Positions 27,160 through 40,209 of a stretch of 64,000 bases of DNA are shown piece after piece. The notes beneath the pieces are model-generated. The model was given only the letters and a program-made list of their open reading frames with translations, was not told the DNA's origin and did no database searches. Position numbers and translations under genes: made by a program. Position 1 is the first letter of the stretch. Every line of letters starts with the position of its first letter. The stretch covers positions 383,966,001 through 384,030,000 of the forward strand of contig OZ024740.1 in assembly GCA_964016885.1 (NCBI GenBank), written 5' to 3'. This DNA comes from Eledone cirrhosa (taxonomy: Eukaryota).

Positions 27160-28484
27160 TTCCTTAAAGACTATTATAGTCTTCATATTACTTTTGAAAA
27201 ACAGTAAAGTATTTAATTTCCTAGATATAACTTTAGACTTAGCTACGGGTATCTACCAATCTTACCATAAACCCAACCAAAACTTACACTACATACACTC
27301 ACAATCTAATCACCCTAAATCTATCCTTAAAAACCTTGCATATAATATATCACTTAGAATTTCTAACCTTTCGTCTAACCAAGATGTATTTGATAAAAAT
27401 GCGACCTTCTATAACAAAGCTCTAGATAGAAGTGGCCACAAAAATAGATTGGAATATATACCTTGTACTAATAACACTATAAACATACAACCTAATATTA
27501 CCAACAAACACCAAATGAAAAGTACACACCTAAATGACACTCACACTATACCCCAAAATACCAACATAAAACCAAATTTCTCTAACTCCTCTAATATAAA
27601 GTATAGTAACTCTCAAAAAACTACTCATCATACAACTCTAATAAATGTTAATAATAAAACTTCTAATAAACAAGCTAAAACACCTAACTAAAAATGTGCG
27701 TGGTGAGGTCATTAACATTAATCCTCCTAGTAAACATCACGATGCATCCTATAAAAACAATAAACAACATAGAAACCGTAATAGACGAGTTACTTGGTAT
27801 AATGCTCCATTTAATTTACAAATTAAGGATAATATTGCTAAAAAAATGTTTAATATCCTAGAGAAAAACTTCCCGCCAAACCACAAATACCATCAAATCT
27901 TAAATAGATCAACAGTTAAATTCTCATACTCAACAACCAAAAACATAAAACAAAATATAAGTGCCTATAATGCATATAAATGTAAAAAAAACATAAGTAT
28001 ACCACCAATACATCAAACTAACCATAATATCTCCTCAAATACAGAATTAACGAAAGGTTGTAACTGTAGAAACAAAGCAAACTGCCCATTAAAAGGAAAT
28101 TGTCTTGTTAACAACATAGTTTATAAATGTAAAGTTAAAACTAAAGATTCTATTTGCTCATATACAGGAGCTACTTCTAACAATTTTAAGGTAAGGTTTA
28201 ATACCCACAAACATAGTTTTAAAAATGCTGCACTGGCTAATACAACATCTCTAGCAGAAAAAATTAATAGTTATAGAAATAAGAATATAGAATATGATAT
28301 GACCTGGAGTGTGCTCAAAAGAGCCACCCCTTATCAAAATAATAGAAATGAATGTAGATTGTGTTCCCAAGAACTATTTGAAATAATGAAATCTAAGGAT
28401 ATCCTATTAAATAAGCGACAGGAATTAATGATATCGTGTAATCATAAACTGAGAAACATATTTAAATATTATAAACCTAATTAA
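27160..28484 (+). pseudogene. Penelope-like RT thumb + GIY-YIG endonuclease (5'-truncated, frameshifted)
   Basis: FNFLDITLDL, YIHSQSNHP, VTWYNAPF, CNCRNKANCPLKGNCLVNNIVY, YTGATSNNFKVRFNTH, CRLC..E, LLNKRQELMISCNH. Confidence 0.92.
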
Positions 28485-29077
28485 TAATATATATTTTAGA
28501 AATTAATATATAAATTAATTTAAATGTAGTTAACCTATAATTTTAATTTAATTAAAATTCTACTACAGATGAAATTAAAAAATATCGTGTGATCATAAAC
28601 TGTGAAAAACTTTTAAATATTATTAACATAAGTAATATATACTTTGGAGATTAATATATAGATTAATTTTAGTTTATTTAACCTTTTATTAAAATTTCTT
28701 TACAGATGAAATATAACAAAATATCGTGTAATCAATAACAGAGAAATACTTTTTAATATTATAAACCTAATTAATATACAATTTAGAAATTAATTTATAA
28801 ATTAATTTTAATTTAGTTAACTTATATTTTTAATTTAGTTAGCTTAAAATTAAAATTCTAATACAGATGGATTGCAGAATATCATGTAATCATAAACTGA
28901 GAAAAACTTTAAAATATATACCTAATTAATATATTCTTTACAAATAAATATATAGATTAATTTTAATTTAGTTAACCTATAATTATATTCTACTATAGAT
29001 AAAATACAAAATTGTGCTTTAATTATTATAAACCTAATTAACATATACTATAGAAATTAATATATAATTTTTAATTT
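28431..29077 (+). repeat. About 4-5 tandem ~140-160-bp repeats derived from the ORF end and proximal 3'UTR
   Basis: ATATCGTGTAATCATAAACTGAGAAA-like motif at 28431, 28582, 28721 and 28879. Confidence 0.75.
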
Positions 29078-29610
29078 AGTTAACCTATAATTAATATTCT
29101 ACTACCGATGAAATACTTGATTTGGCTTTCCCTATTACAAAATTCATTTCATAAAATTGATACCATCATGTTAATATTTTTAATTTAGTTATGCTATAAT
29201 TAATACTCTACTACTGTTTAACTTCAAAATTCCGCCTTAAATATTATAAACCTAAGTAGTATACACCTTAGAAATTAATATATTACCTTTTTTTACTTTA
29301 ATTAACCTATAATTAATAGTCTACTTATATTAAAATGCATAATTTAGCCTTCTTTCTTACAGATACCATTTCCTAATACTGACACTACTATGTAAACACA
29401 TATTATGATTTAAATGCAGATTAATATTAAATGTTCCTTGAAACCTATATTTACTATTTCACACTAATAATTTTAATCCCCTCCCCCCCCATAATTATTC
29501 GTATTTATAAGCGTGGATGTATGTATGTGTATGTAAGTATGTATGTATGTTTGTGTGTTTGTATGTGAGTATAAAAATACATATGTGCGCATGTAAATAA
29601 GTGTGTATGA

Positions 29611-29660
<50 letters not shown>

Positions 29661-29748
29661 GTGTATGTATGTATGTGTATGTATATGTATTTGTAGAGAT
29701 GTGTGTATGTATGTGTATATATATGGATAACTGTCTGACTGTGTGTAT

Positions 29749-29879
<131 letters not shown>

Positions 29880-30351
29880 TACATATATATGTGTGTATGT
29901 ATGTCTCTATATTTATATATGTCTGAGTGTGTGTGAGTGTGTGGTTGTGTGTATATATACATGGGTATGTGTGTGTATGTATATATACGTATATGTATGT
30001 GTGTGTATATATATGTATGTATATATATGTGTGTGTATATATATATGTATATATATATATATATATATGTATGTGTATGTAGGTGTGTATCGAACGTATG
30101 GATGTGTAAATGTGTGTATGTATATAAGCATGTATATTTTATGTCTCTCTTTTATGTTTTTTTATGTTTTTATTATATTTCTTTTATTAAATTTATAGAT
30201 ACATTTTTATAAATATGCTGAGTCTGACACCCTCCTTAATTACTTACTCCCTTACCTCCTTTTAATTCTGCATCTAGATGTAAGTGTGTGTGTGGCCGTG
30301 TTTATGTGTGCGCCTCAATATCCATATAGTTATAATAATAATATATACGTA

Positions 30352-30383
<32 letters not shown>

Positions 30384-30788
30384 CGTGTGTGTTCGTAGAT
30401 ATGTGTGTGTTTATGTATATATGCGTGTGTGTGTATGAATGTATGTATATGTGTGTATATATGTGTGTATATATATATGTATATGTATGTATATGTATGT
30501 ATATATGTGTGTATATATATATGTATGTATATTTTGTCTGTGGATTATAGACATACAGAGACATTAGCCCTGAATTTTTATATTTTTATATTTACATACA
30601 CTTTTTTTGACATGCGTATGCATGTGAACATACATTTTTATGCTTATCTGTGAACGAAGTTACTTACATATATACACACACCTAACTGCATTTTCTTGAT
30701 GAATTTTTATGTATTTCATTGGTCTATTTAAAATCTGTTCCCAAACAGACCTGTAATTTTGAATTGTTGTTATTATGAATAAATATTC

Positions 30789-30931
30789 TTCATTATTTCT
30801 GAAGACAGCATATATATGTGATGGTATGTATATTCTATTTGATAGTTTGTATAATTTTGTACATAGATCTTTTGAATATGCATGCCAATTCTAACACATA
30901 TATGTCCTAGAAACGATCGTTAAATAATGAA
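30789..30931 (+). ncRNA. Type I hammerhead ribozyme with long stem II
   Basis: UUCAUUAUUU-CUGAAGA-[~104 nt with CAUAUAUAUGUG/CACAUAUAUG and UGGUAUGUAUAUUC/GAAUAUGCAUGCCA pairings]-GAAA-CGAUCG-UU-AAAUAAUGAA. Perfect 10-bp stem I and palindromic stem III. Confidence 0.78.
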
Positions 30932-30985
30932 CTTTTTTTGTTTAATATAAGGAACTGTTTCATTGTTTTATTCATTATTTTTTTA

Positions 30986-31016
<31 letters not shown>

Positions 31017-31104
31017 GCGTTTATAGGTATATATATATATAGAGTTATATACGTATATACATATATATACTTATATATATGTGTGTGTGTGTGTTTGTGT
31101 GTGC

Positions 31105-31188
<84 letters not shown>

Positions 31189-32230
31189 ATATATAAATGT
31201 ATATATGTATATACGTATATATGTATATATATATACCTATATGTTAGGGCATTCTTCTTGGAGAAGGCAACTCAAGAACCTGGGATAAATCCGATATAAA
31301 ACCTGCGGCTCAGTAGTTACCGATGATGTTAATGTTTTCTTCTTTTCGGGTTATAGCTACTGTTGCTCAGAGCGTGAGATTGGCTCAGTGCACAATCTTT
31401 CCTCACTTTAAAAAATATCTTCACGCACAGGCATTGCAGGATAGAATTAATTAATAATTATTAATATTGTTATATCGTGCAATGGACATACTCGATGACG
31501 AGGGGGCAGCCATCATATATATATATATCTATACATATATATATATAAACAAGATGTACTTATATATATATATCTGTTTGTATGTGTGTGTGTGTTTGTG
31601 TCTTTGTTTATATATATATATATATAGCCTAAAAAAATATATATATGCCTATGTATATAATTACATGTATACATTTATTTTTTTAATTAATTGAGTTCTT
31701 TACACGAGGAATTGATATTAGTTTTGAAATAACTAATTAACCCGCGTGTGTTTTATATTTTACTCTTAATTCGGGCGGAGATTTACATTCCCATTTGCCC
31801 TTTAAAGCATAACTTTCCGTATTTACTACGGTTACGAGATGCGGTTTCTTATTCAGGTACAACCTCTGATTTAGCCTAAGAAAATATCTATATGCGTGTG
31901 TAATTTATACACGTATATATTTATTTTTTTAATTTCAATTGAGTTCTTAACACGTTAAATTGATAATGTTTTCGAAAAAACTGTTTAACCCGCGTGTATA
32001 TTATTTTTTTTCTCCCTTTCGTGGATCGTGGTTGTCTCCCCTTCCCGCTTAGTGACGCTATAATACTTCCTCAGTCAAAAACTGCTGGAATTTCAAATTT
32101 GCCGGTCACTCGATGCGGGAAGGAGCAACTTAACAGACACGATTTTTAACTACGGGAAGAAAATTTTTTTTCTTATATCAAAGTTCCATTGATGATTTAT
32201 AGGCGCCCACCTAAATATATTCTTACATGA

Positions 32231-32530
32231 ATGTATATTAGGCTTCTACATCAACTGGAAATATTCTCCGAATTTGTAGAGAACTTATAATGAAACAATT
32301 GTTTGGAAAGAGAGACATATTTTAACTTTAATTATATCTCATAAAATAATACAACTGGCTTTTCCACATAATACATATATTATGTATATTAGGCTTCTAC
32401 ATCAACTGGAAATATTCTCCGAATTTGTAGAGAACTTATAATGAAACAATTGTTTGGAAAGAGAGACATATTTTAACTTTAATTATATCTCATAAAATAA
32501 TACAACTGGCTTTTCAACATAATACATATT
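32231..32530 (+). repeat. Tandem duplication of ~151 bp
   Basis: ATGTATATTAGGCTTCTACATC restarts at 32231 and 32382; copies are near-identical. Confidence 0.9.
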
Positions 32531-32640
32531 GTTAGCACCCCAAACACTTAAATTGGGTTTATATTAAAATATAACCTAATGTTTGTTGAGTGAGATGGTT
32601 ACCAGTCAGAGATTAGCTTTAAACTATCTCTGTTATTGTA

Positions 32641-32705
<65 letters not shown>

Positions 32706-32798
32706 GTGTGTACGGATATGTGTGTACGTTCACCACTAATTGATTTGACAAATATTTCTAACATTATTTGGTCAGTAGTTCGTGTGTACGTGTAAGTA

Positions 32799-32913
<115 letters not shown>

Positions 32914-32970
32914 CGAAGGAATTAGCCGTCGAAACGGCTTGAGCTCAGCCGTCGGGGTCTTACTTGTTCC

Positions 32971-32997
<27 letters not shown>

Positions 32998-33001
<4 letters not shown>

Positions 33002-33808
33002 ATGGAGCTGCGGCGTTGCAAATGGGTTACATATGAAAAAGTTTGTCCTTCATCAGTGGCCTTCCTACCGTCGTAGGCATTTCGTCGCTTTAAAGGCCAT
33101 ATACCTCAGGTTGGTGCGAGCAACGGCTAAAAAAAGTCGTTGGGACACGTAAATAAAGGGGACGCTAGGGTAAACAAACAAAATGGTTTAAGCAACAGAA
33201 AGTGATGAAGAAGAAAGAAACAAGTCCCAGATTTCTATGAATATAAATTCTGTGGAATCGCGAACGAGAGAATAAAGACCATCAAACCTGGTTGAAATGT
33301 GAGCAAGGAAGGAATTTCGCACAGGTCTAACGGGAGGAAGAAGGAATCTGGTCTGCGAATTCGGTAAATATAAGTTCTGTGAAGTCGCAGACGAGAGAGA
33401 GAGAGAAAAAAAATTCATACCGGCTTGGCAAAGTGCGCGCGAGAAAAGGATTACGGACAGGTCAAACGGGAAGAAAGGGGAGGAGGAGAGGTAGTGACAG
33501 AGAGTGAGTGAGAGAAAGGTGAGGAAGAGGCTAACAGAGAGAGAGAGAGAGACTGCTAGAAAGGGTAAAGATACAAAGAACGAAACAGGCGGGTAGCAGC
33601 GGAGGAAAAAATATATGTGTAAATATGATAATAATGGAGCTGCGGCGTTGCAAATGGGTTACATATGAAAAAGTTTGTCCTTCATCAGTGGCCTTCCAAC
33701 CGTCGTAGGCATTTCGTCGCTTTAAAGGCCATATATCTCAGGTTGCTGCGAGCAACGGCTAAAAAAAGTCGTTGGGACACGTAAATAAAGGGGACGCTAG
33801 GGTAAACA

Positions 33809-33813
<5 letters not shown>
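32998..33813. mobile_element. Non-coding element with ~184-bp terminal direct repeats (32998-33181, 33630-33813), flanked by (TA)n
   Basis: Near-identical repeats 632 bp apart with a GA-rich internal part. No TG..CA ends. Confidence 0.7.
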
Positions 33814-33883
<70 letters not shown>

Positions 33884-34069
33884 CGTGTGTGTGTGAGTAT
33901 ATATATATGTTTGCAGGTATGAATGTATACACTAAGCTTTAAATTTAGTAGAACGTACAACCACTGATTATAGCTATTCGCACTATCATGTATTTTGGTT
34001 TCAAAAATACTCTTTTTCTTAGACTTCAGGTATTTTTTCAAAGCAAAGCTTTGGCCCCTAAAACACTAC

Positions 34070-34135
34070 AGGGGTCCCCGCAATTCTGCTGCGTCCCTCT
34101 GCATCGGGCAACATGGCAACATGGCCAGTCCGCCC

Positions 34136-34139
<4 letters not shown>
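34070..34139 (-). mobile_element. Possible hAT-type MITE terminus (CAGGGGCGGACTGGCC)
   Basis: Terminal motif resembles CAGTGGCGGACT at 20126 and 21260. Partner terminus not found. Confidence 0.35.
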
Positions 34140-34208
<69 letters not shown>

Positions 34209-34258
34209 AATTATTCAGAAATTAATAAATGAAGACATTCACATAATCAAAATATATG

Positions 34259-34320
34259 TTTTATTATATATATTTCGAAGGTACTGTGCTGTTTTTTCAG
34301 TACGTCCTCGTCACATAAAA
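34259..34320 (-). ncRNA. Type I hammerhead with C3G core change
   Basis: UUUUAU-GUGACGA-GGAcGUACUG(11 nt)CAGUACcUUC-GAAA-UAUAUA-UA-AUAAAA. Confidence 0.65.
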
Positions 34321-34534
34321 TACATGAATTGATTTATGACATACATCAACGGTCTTGATAGTTCAATTCCAGTATTGGCAGTGACAACAAATCTCAACAT
34401 TTATATACCACAAATAATAACATGATAAACTTAAATTTAATGAAGAAGAGGATGTGGAGCGAGAAATATGTATAAGGAGTGGGTGAGTATGAGGAAATGC
34501 AAGAAGGAAATAAATAAATACATACATACATATA

Positions 34535-34925
34535 CGTTTGTATATGTATAATAAAGCCAAAACAATTCAGGTATGGACATACAATAAAGAATGCAAATGC
34601 AAAAGATATTGTTGACAATTAGTCTTTTAACTTAGATTTATTTAAATGGCCTTAATTTTCGAGATAATATCTCTTCTTCGGAGGGAAGTAAAGCGGTTAA
34701 ACCAGTGTTCTAAATAGCTTGCCAAGTCATGACTTGGCAAGCTATTTAGAACACTGGTTTAACCGCTTTACTTCCCTCCGAAGAAGAGATATTATCTCGA
34801 AAATTAAGGACATTTAAATAAATCTAAGGTAAAAGACTATTTTTCAACAATATCTTTTGCATTTGCATTCTTTATTCTATGTCCATAACTACATTGCTTT
34901 GGCTTTATTATACATATACAAACGG
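34535..34925. repeat. Spacer-less palindrome, ~195-bp arms, centre 34729/34730; probable PLE 3'-end fold-back
   Basis: ...GCTTGCCAAGTCA|TGACTTGGCAAGC... Arms match with a few mismatches and a small indel. A hammerhead lies downstream on the minus strand. Confidence 0.85.
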
Positions 34926-35905
34926 TTATACCTCATTACACTATGCTTCAAATGAACTATAACTTCCTCCATACATTCATTAATATTTAAATGTGTAAAT
35001 ATACTTATTGGGGAAGAAAAGGGGAGAGAGAGAGATAGAAGAGAGAAGAAGAAAGAAAAAAAGAATAAAGAATGAAATAACAGAAAAAAAGAAAGAAAGC
35101 GAAATGATGTGTGACCGTTGCATTCAAATATTAAGTCGAATAGAAGCGACCAATTAGATACCATGAACTTTTTTAATATATTTTGTATTTGGTTATGTTT
35201 AAGGTAATTATACTAATATATTATATCAAAATTAAACAATATAAAAATATTTTCTATATGAAGCAGAACCATAGTTTAATTAAGTAATATATTTACTAAA
35301 TATTTTATTACAATATTCAAAAACATTTTTATCCTTAAAGCAAGTTTAAATACCTATTAAATATGTATAAGTATATTTACTAAAACCCATGCTTATATCA
35401 CCATCAATATATATATTTTATATTATGTTAAGAATTATTATCTGAATAATTCTATTTTCCTTATAAAATCATTTAAATTCATTAGTTGTCATTTCATTAC
35501 AGGATTAATTAGTAGTTATATTTGCTCCTAAAGGTATTATTATTTCGATTTTACTTCCGTCATTACATCTTATTATATATAGTTTCCCTTTAAGGATTTT
35601 TCGTATATTATTAAACTGTATAAATCATGTTAAATATACATTAGCAGGCCATTTACACAGAACAACATGATTTACGAAGAATGTAAACAAAGGAAGATAA
35701 CTCATTCATCATATATGAACATTTAAAATATTTAAGTATTTTGAAAGCCAAAATATATTTCAAACCGTAAATTGAGAAATTTCTAGTTACACAATGACCA
35801 TTCTAAATCCAAACTTAGGATACCGAGTCTCAACATGAGATTAATTTACTATATAAAAACAATATACAATTTTTACGGTAAGGCAAAACGTTATGTATAT
35901 AATAA

Positions 35906-35938
<33 letters not shown>

Positions 35939-35939
<1 letters not shown>

Positions 35940-36126
35940 TGCTTCTACTTTAGGCACAAGGCCAGCAATTACCCAGTGCATTACTGGTACTTTATTTTAT
36001 CGACCCCGTAAGGATGAAAGGCAAAGTCAACCTCGGTGGGATTTGAATTCAGATCGTAAAGGGATGTAACTATGCTGGAAAGCATGGCATCCGACCCTCT
36101 ACCGATACTGCCAATCCACCACCTTA
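35939..36126 (-). mobile_element. tRNA-derived Nin/Deu-core SINE (octopus-type)
   Basis: GGTGGATTGGCAGTATCGG head; GACTTTGCCTTTCATCCTTACGGGGTCGATAAAATAAAGTACCAG core; GGCCTTGTGCC tail followed by (ATT)n. Confidence 0.8.
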
Positions 36127-36154
36127 AATACTACTACTACTAATAATAATAATA

Positions 36155-38073
36155 AATATCTCCCGTTGTCAGGAGCTTTTTGTCATTCAGTATGAAGACA
36201 TGGAAAACGACACACCTTTTGAATAGTGAAACAAAATCACTGGAAGCTGGAGAAGTTAATATTAATTGTGGAATTTTTCAGGGTGACTCTTTATCACCGC
36301 TTTTATCCTGCATCGCACTTATACCATTAAGTTAAATGCTCAATGAAACAAAACATGGATATAGAGTCTATGACAAAACCATTAATCACTTGTGCTACAT
36401 GGATGACCTGAAACTATTTGCAAAAAATGATTAACAATTGCAAGAGCAGTTCAGTGATGACATTAAAATGGAGTTTTGACTAGATAAATGCGCCAAAGCA
36501 ACGTTCACCAGACGAAAGATGCTGAACAGTTCAGATATTAATCTTGATCGAGGGAATGTGATAAGAGAACTTGATCAAGAGGAAACTTACAAATATCTAG
36601 GTGTTTGTGAGGGAGAGGGAATCAAGTACTCGACAATGAGGGAAAAGATAAGGAAGGAATGTCACCGCAGAGTAAGAGCAATATTAAGAACGGAATTGAA
36701 TGCAAGGAATAGGATCGATGCCATAAACCCGCTTGCCATACCAGTAGTAACCTACAGTTACAATGTCATCAACTGGTCAAGCACAGAGATCCGTAGGCTC
36801 GGTACAAAAATTCGAAATTTCTTAACCATGTACAGAATGCATCACCCTAAGGCAGATATAGATAGAATATATTTCCCTAGGAAAGAAGCAGGACGTGGGT
36901 TAATCCAGTTAGACATTGCGTTGAAAACTGCAACAAATGGATTATCTACATATCTAAGGGAATCACATGATTGGATGATCAAACTCGTTTTGAAACACGA
37001 AAGCATCAAAAGATCATACACCATTACAAAAGATGCACAAAGATACAGTAATGGACTACAAATTTCAGAAGTCACATTTACTGCTGAAATGGAAAACACA
37101 GAAAAAGCAAAGCAGGTAAAAGAAACTGCAAAGAAAGAACTGCTACAGAAACTGGCTAAGAAATGGCAAGAAAAGCCTCTGTATGGAAAATACCCAGAAC
37201 GAGCTAACAATCCTGATGTTGACAAAACTTTAACCCATCAGTAGTTGGCATCCTCTGGACTGAAATCGGAGACTGAAGAACTGATTATATCAGCACAAGA
37301 TCAGTGTCTACCAACAAAAAATTACCAAGCCAACATAATAAAAAATGGATGCAGCCCATTATGCCGTGTGTGCAAAAAACAACCGGAGACCATTGACCAT
37401 ATAATTTCAATGTGCAGTCCTATAGCTCCAACCGAATACCTAAAAAGGCATGACAGAGCTGCACAATACATACATTGGATAATGTGTAAGCATTTTGACC
37501 TGCCCCATCAAAAGAATTGCCGGGCGCATCAACCACCTCCCATACTTGAAAAAGATCACATCTCAATCTTGTGGAACTTTAGCATCCAAACAGACCGAAA
37601 AATAGATGCAAATAGACCTGATATAATATTGAAGGACTTTAAAAAGAGGGTATGCCTGCTAATTGATATGTCTGTTCCAATAGACAAGAATGTATCTATA
37701 AAAACATTTGAAAAATTGAGCAAGTATAAGGACCTGGAGATAGAAATTGGAAAAATGTGGAAATTGAGAACTAAAACAATACCAGTGGTTGTAGGTGCTC
37801 TGGGAATGATACCTAAGGGGTCTAATGATTACTTATCGCAAATCCCAGGAAACCCGCGTATAGGAGAAATACAAAAGATAGTACTAATGGGAACTGCCCA
37901 TATACTAAGGAAGATTCTGTCAATATAAGTACATCACAAGTCTAAACACTAAAGATGCATGTCTGAGTATGTATGTTCTTTCTTGAACATGGCGGACCTT
38001 GTTGTCTCTTGAGGTCACTGGTTGTGACTTGGTGATAACTCGTATGAACATAAAGCAAGATAAATGCAACTGT
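36155..38073 (+). mobile_element. 5'-truncated R4/Dong family B copy (RT C-half, CCHC, RLE) with (TAA)n tail
   Basis: GIFQGDSLSPL, YMDDLKLF, YKYLG, RKEAGRGL, CRVC..PETIDHIISMC, RHD, NRPDII, IDMSVP, KLSKY. Confidence 0.92.
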
Positions 38074-38074
38074 A

Positions 38075-38108
<34 letters not shown>

Positions 38109-39091
38109 TAATAATAAGGGAAGAAGACGAACATGTTGGATAGAACGTCGTGAAATCGCCCCCGTAAGTTTTTGATTTTGAACATATTTAACTCAATTGT
38201 GAAATAACAATTCTTAGTACAAATGATACATAAAGCATCCGACTTAAGTCTCAGAAGAATTCGAATCCATAATATATGGTTATATCGCACAAATATTCAA
38301 TTTTGTATTATACATGTTATATTCAAAAAAGAATATGGTTATAAATGGAAGAAAACCCCCCTCTGTCTACACTATATATAACAGCCAAATAACATCAATT
38401 TCACCAACATCAGAAACTAGATACACCACCTACCCTATTAGCCCTCTGTGTACACTAAATACAACAGCCAGATAACGGCAATTTCACCACCACCACCACC
38501 AATCTCAGCATCATAATAATAATTACTATTATTATTGACTCAAGTTTTAAAAAAATGTTTAAATCCAATATTAAAGTAATATGTCAACACATATATTAAA
38601 CATACGCGACAAACGCATCGATACACAGATCAAACAAAACTAGTCTATTCAACAATACTCAGTAACGACAACGCCATCACTATAGTCACCGCCGCCACCA
38701 CCTCATCCATCATTGCCACCACTATCCCATCAGCGCCGCCACCACTCCTTCATTGCTACCACCACTATTCCCCCATTACCTTCTGTTAACTTAAGAAAGG
38801 GGAAGATGGCGGTATCACTAGACAAGGGAGAGGCTAGCAAAATATATAAATAGATTGACTTAGTGTCCCGGCCACCGGCTAAACGTCAACAACTATGGCA
38901 CTGCTGGCTCCCCCTTCCCCACCAACAATAGAAAAAGCCCCAGCACCACGACCGACAATGCCAACAACAATAACAGGCAACTTCAGCAAAACGTATAATA
39001 TATTATTAATAATTTCATTCTTAAGCCACGCAATGCTCACATTAAGGAACCACTCATGATAATAACAATTTAAAAAACAACAAAAAAGAAA

Positions 39092-40137
39092 AGCCCGTGA
39101 CCAAGAAATACCGGGATGGCAGCCGGCGAGGAATAGCCGTGTCTCTAGAGGAGAACGACCCCTCTAGTCTTGGTTGACAGGCGTCCTTGAAGTGGTAACA
39201 CGAAATGATTACCCCTTGGCGGATAAGGATAACACGCGACAAAATAAAGTAAATGTCTAATGATAAAATCTCATACCGGATCGGCCGTCACCCGGGTAAA
39301 AAAGGGCAACGTCCCTCAAAGAAGAACCAGACTGGGGTCGAAAAATCAGCTAATGGTTCAAACCTTCCCATCACTTCGGAGCTGGAGACCTCCCATAACC
39401 GGAATACTCCTACTGTTGGCCCTCCATGCTCACCACCAAGAAATTCAGCCCATTATGCCGTGTATGTAAAAAACAACCAGAGATGATTGACCATATAATT
39501 TCAATGTTCAGTCCTATAGCTCCAACCGAATACCTAAACAGGCAAGACAGAGCTGCACAATATATATATTGGATAATGTGTAAGCATTTTGACCTGCCCC
39601 ATCAAAAGAATTGGTAAAGATCACATCGCAATCTTGTGGAACTTTAGCATCCAAACAGACCGAAAAATAGATGCAAATAGACCTGATATAATATTGAAGG
39701 ACTTTAAAAAGAGGGTATGCCTGCTAATTGATATGTCCGTTCCAATAGACAAGAATGTATCTACAAAAACATTTGAAAAATTGAGCAAGTATAAGGACCT
39801 GGAGATAGAAATTGGAAAAATGTGGAAATTGAGCACTTAAACAATACCAGTGGTTGTAGGCGCTCTAGGAATGATACCTAAGGGGTCAAATGATTACTTA
39901 TCGCAAATCCCAGGAAACCCGCGTATAGGAGAAATACAAAATATAGTACTAATGGGAACTGCCCATATACTAAGGAAGATTCTGTCAATATAAGTACATC
40001 ACAAGACTAAACACCTAAAGATACATGTGTGAGTATATATGTTCTTTCTTGAATATGGCGGACCTGGTTGTCTCTTGAGGTAACTGGTTGTGACTTGGTG
40101 ATAACTCGTATGAACATAAAGCAAGATAAATGCAGCT

Positions 40138-40138
<1 letters not shown>
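39092..40138 (+). mobile_element. Internally deleted R4/Dong element (putative 5' end fused to family B 3' end at ~39445); second copy 42180-43226
   Basis: A structured GC-rich leader and ORF start sharing GAACCwGACTG..CGAAA..GCTrATG with the family A ORF start, then an abrupt switch into SPLCRV.. and RLE. (TAA)n tail. Confidence 0.7.
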
Positions 40139-40206
<68 letters not shown>

Positions 40207-40209
<3 letters not shown>

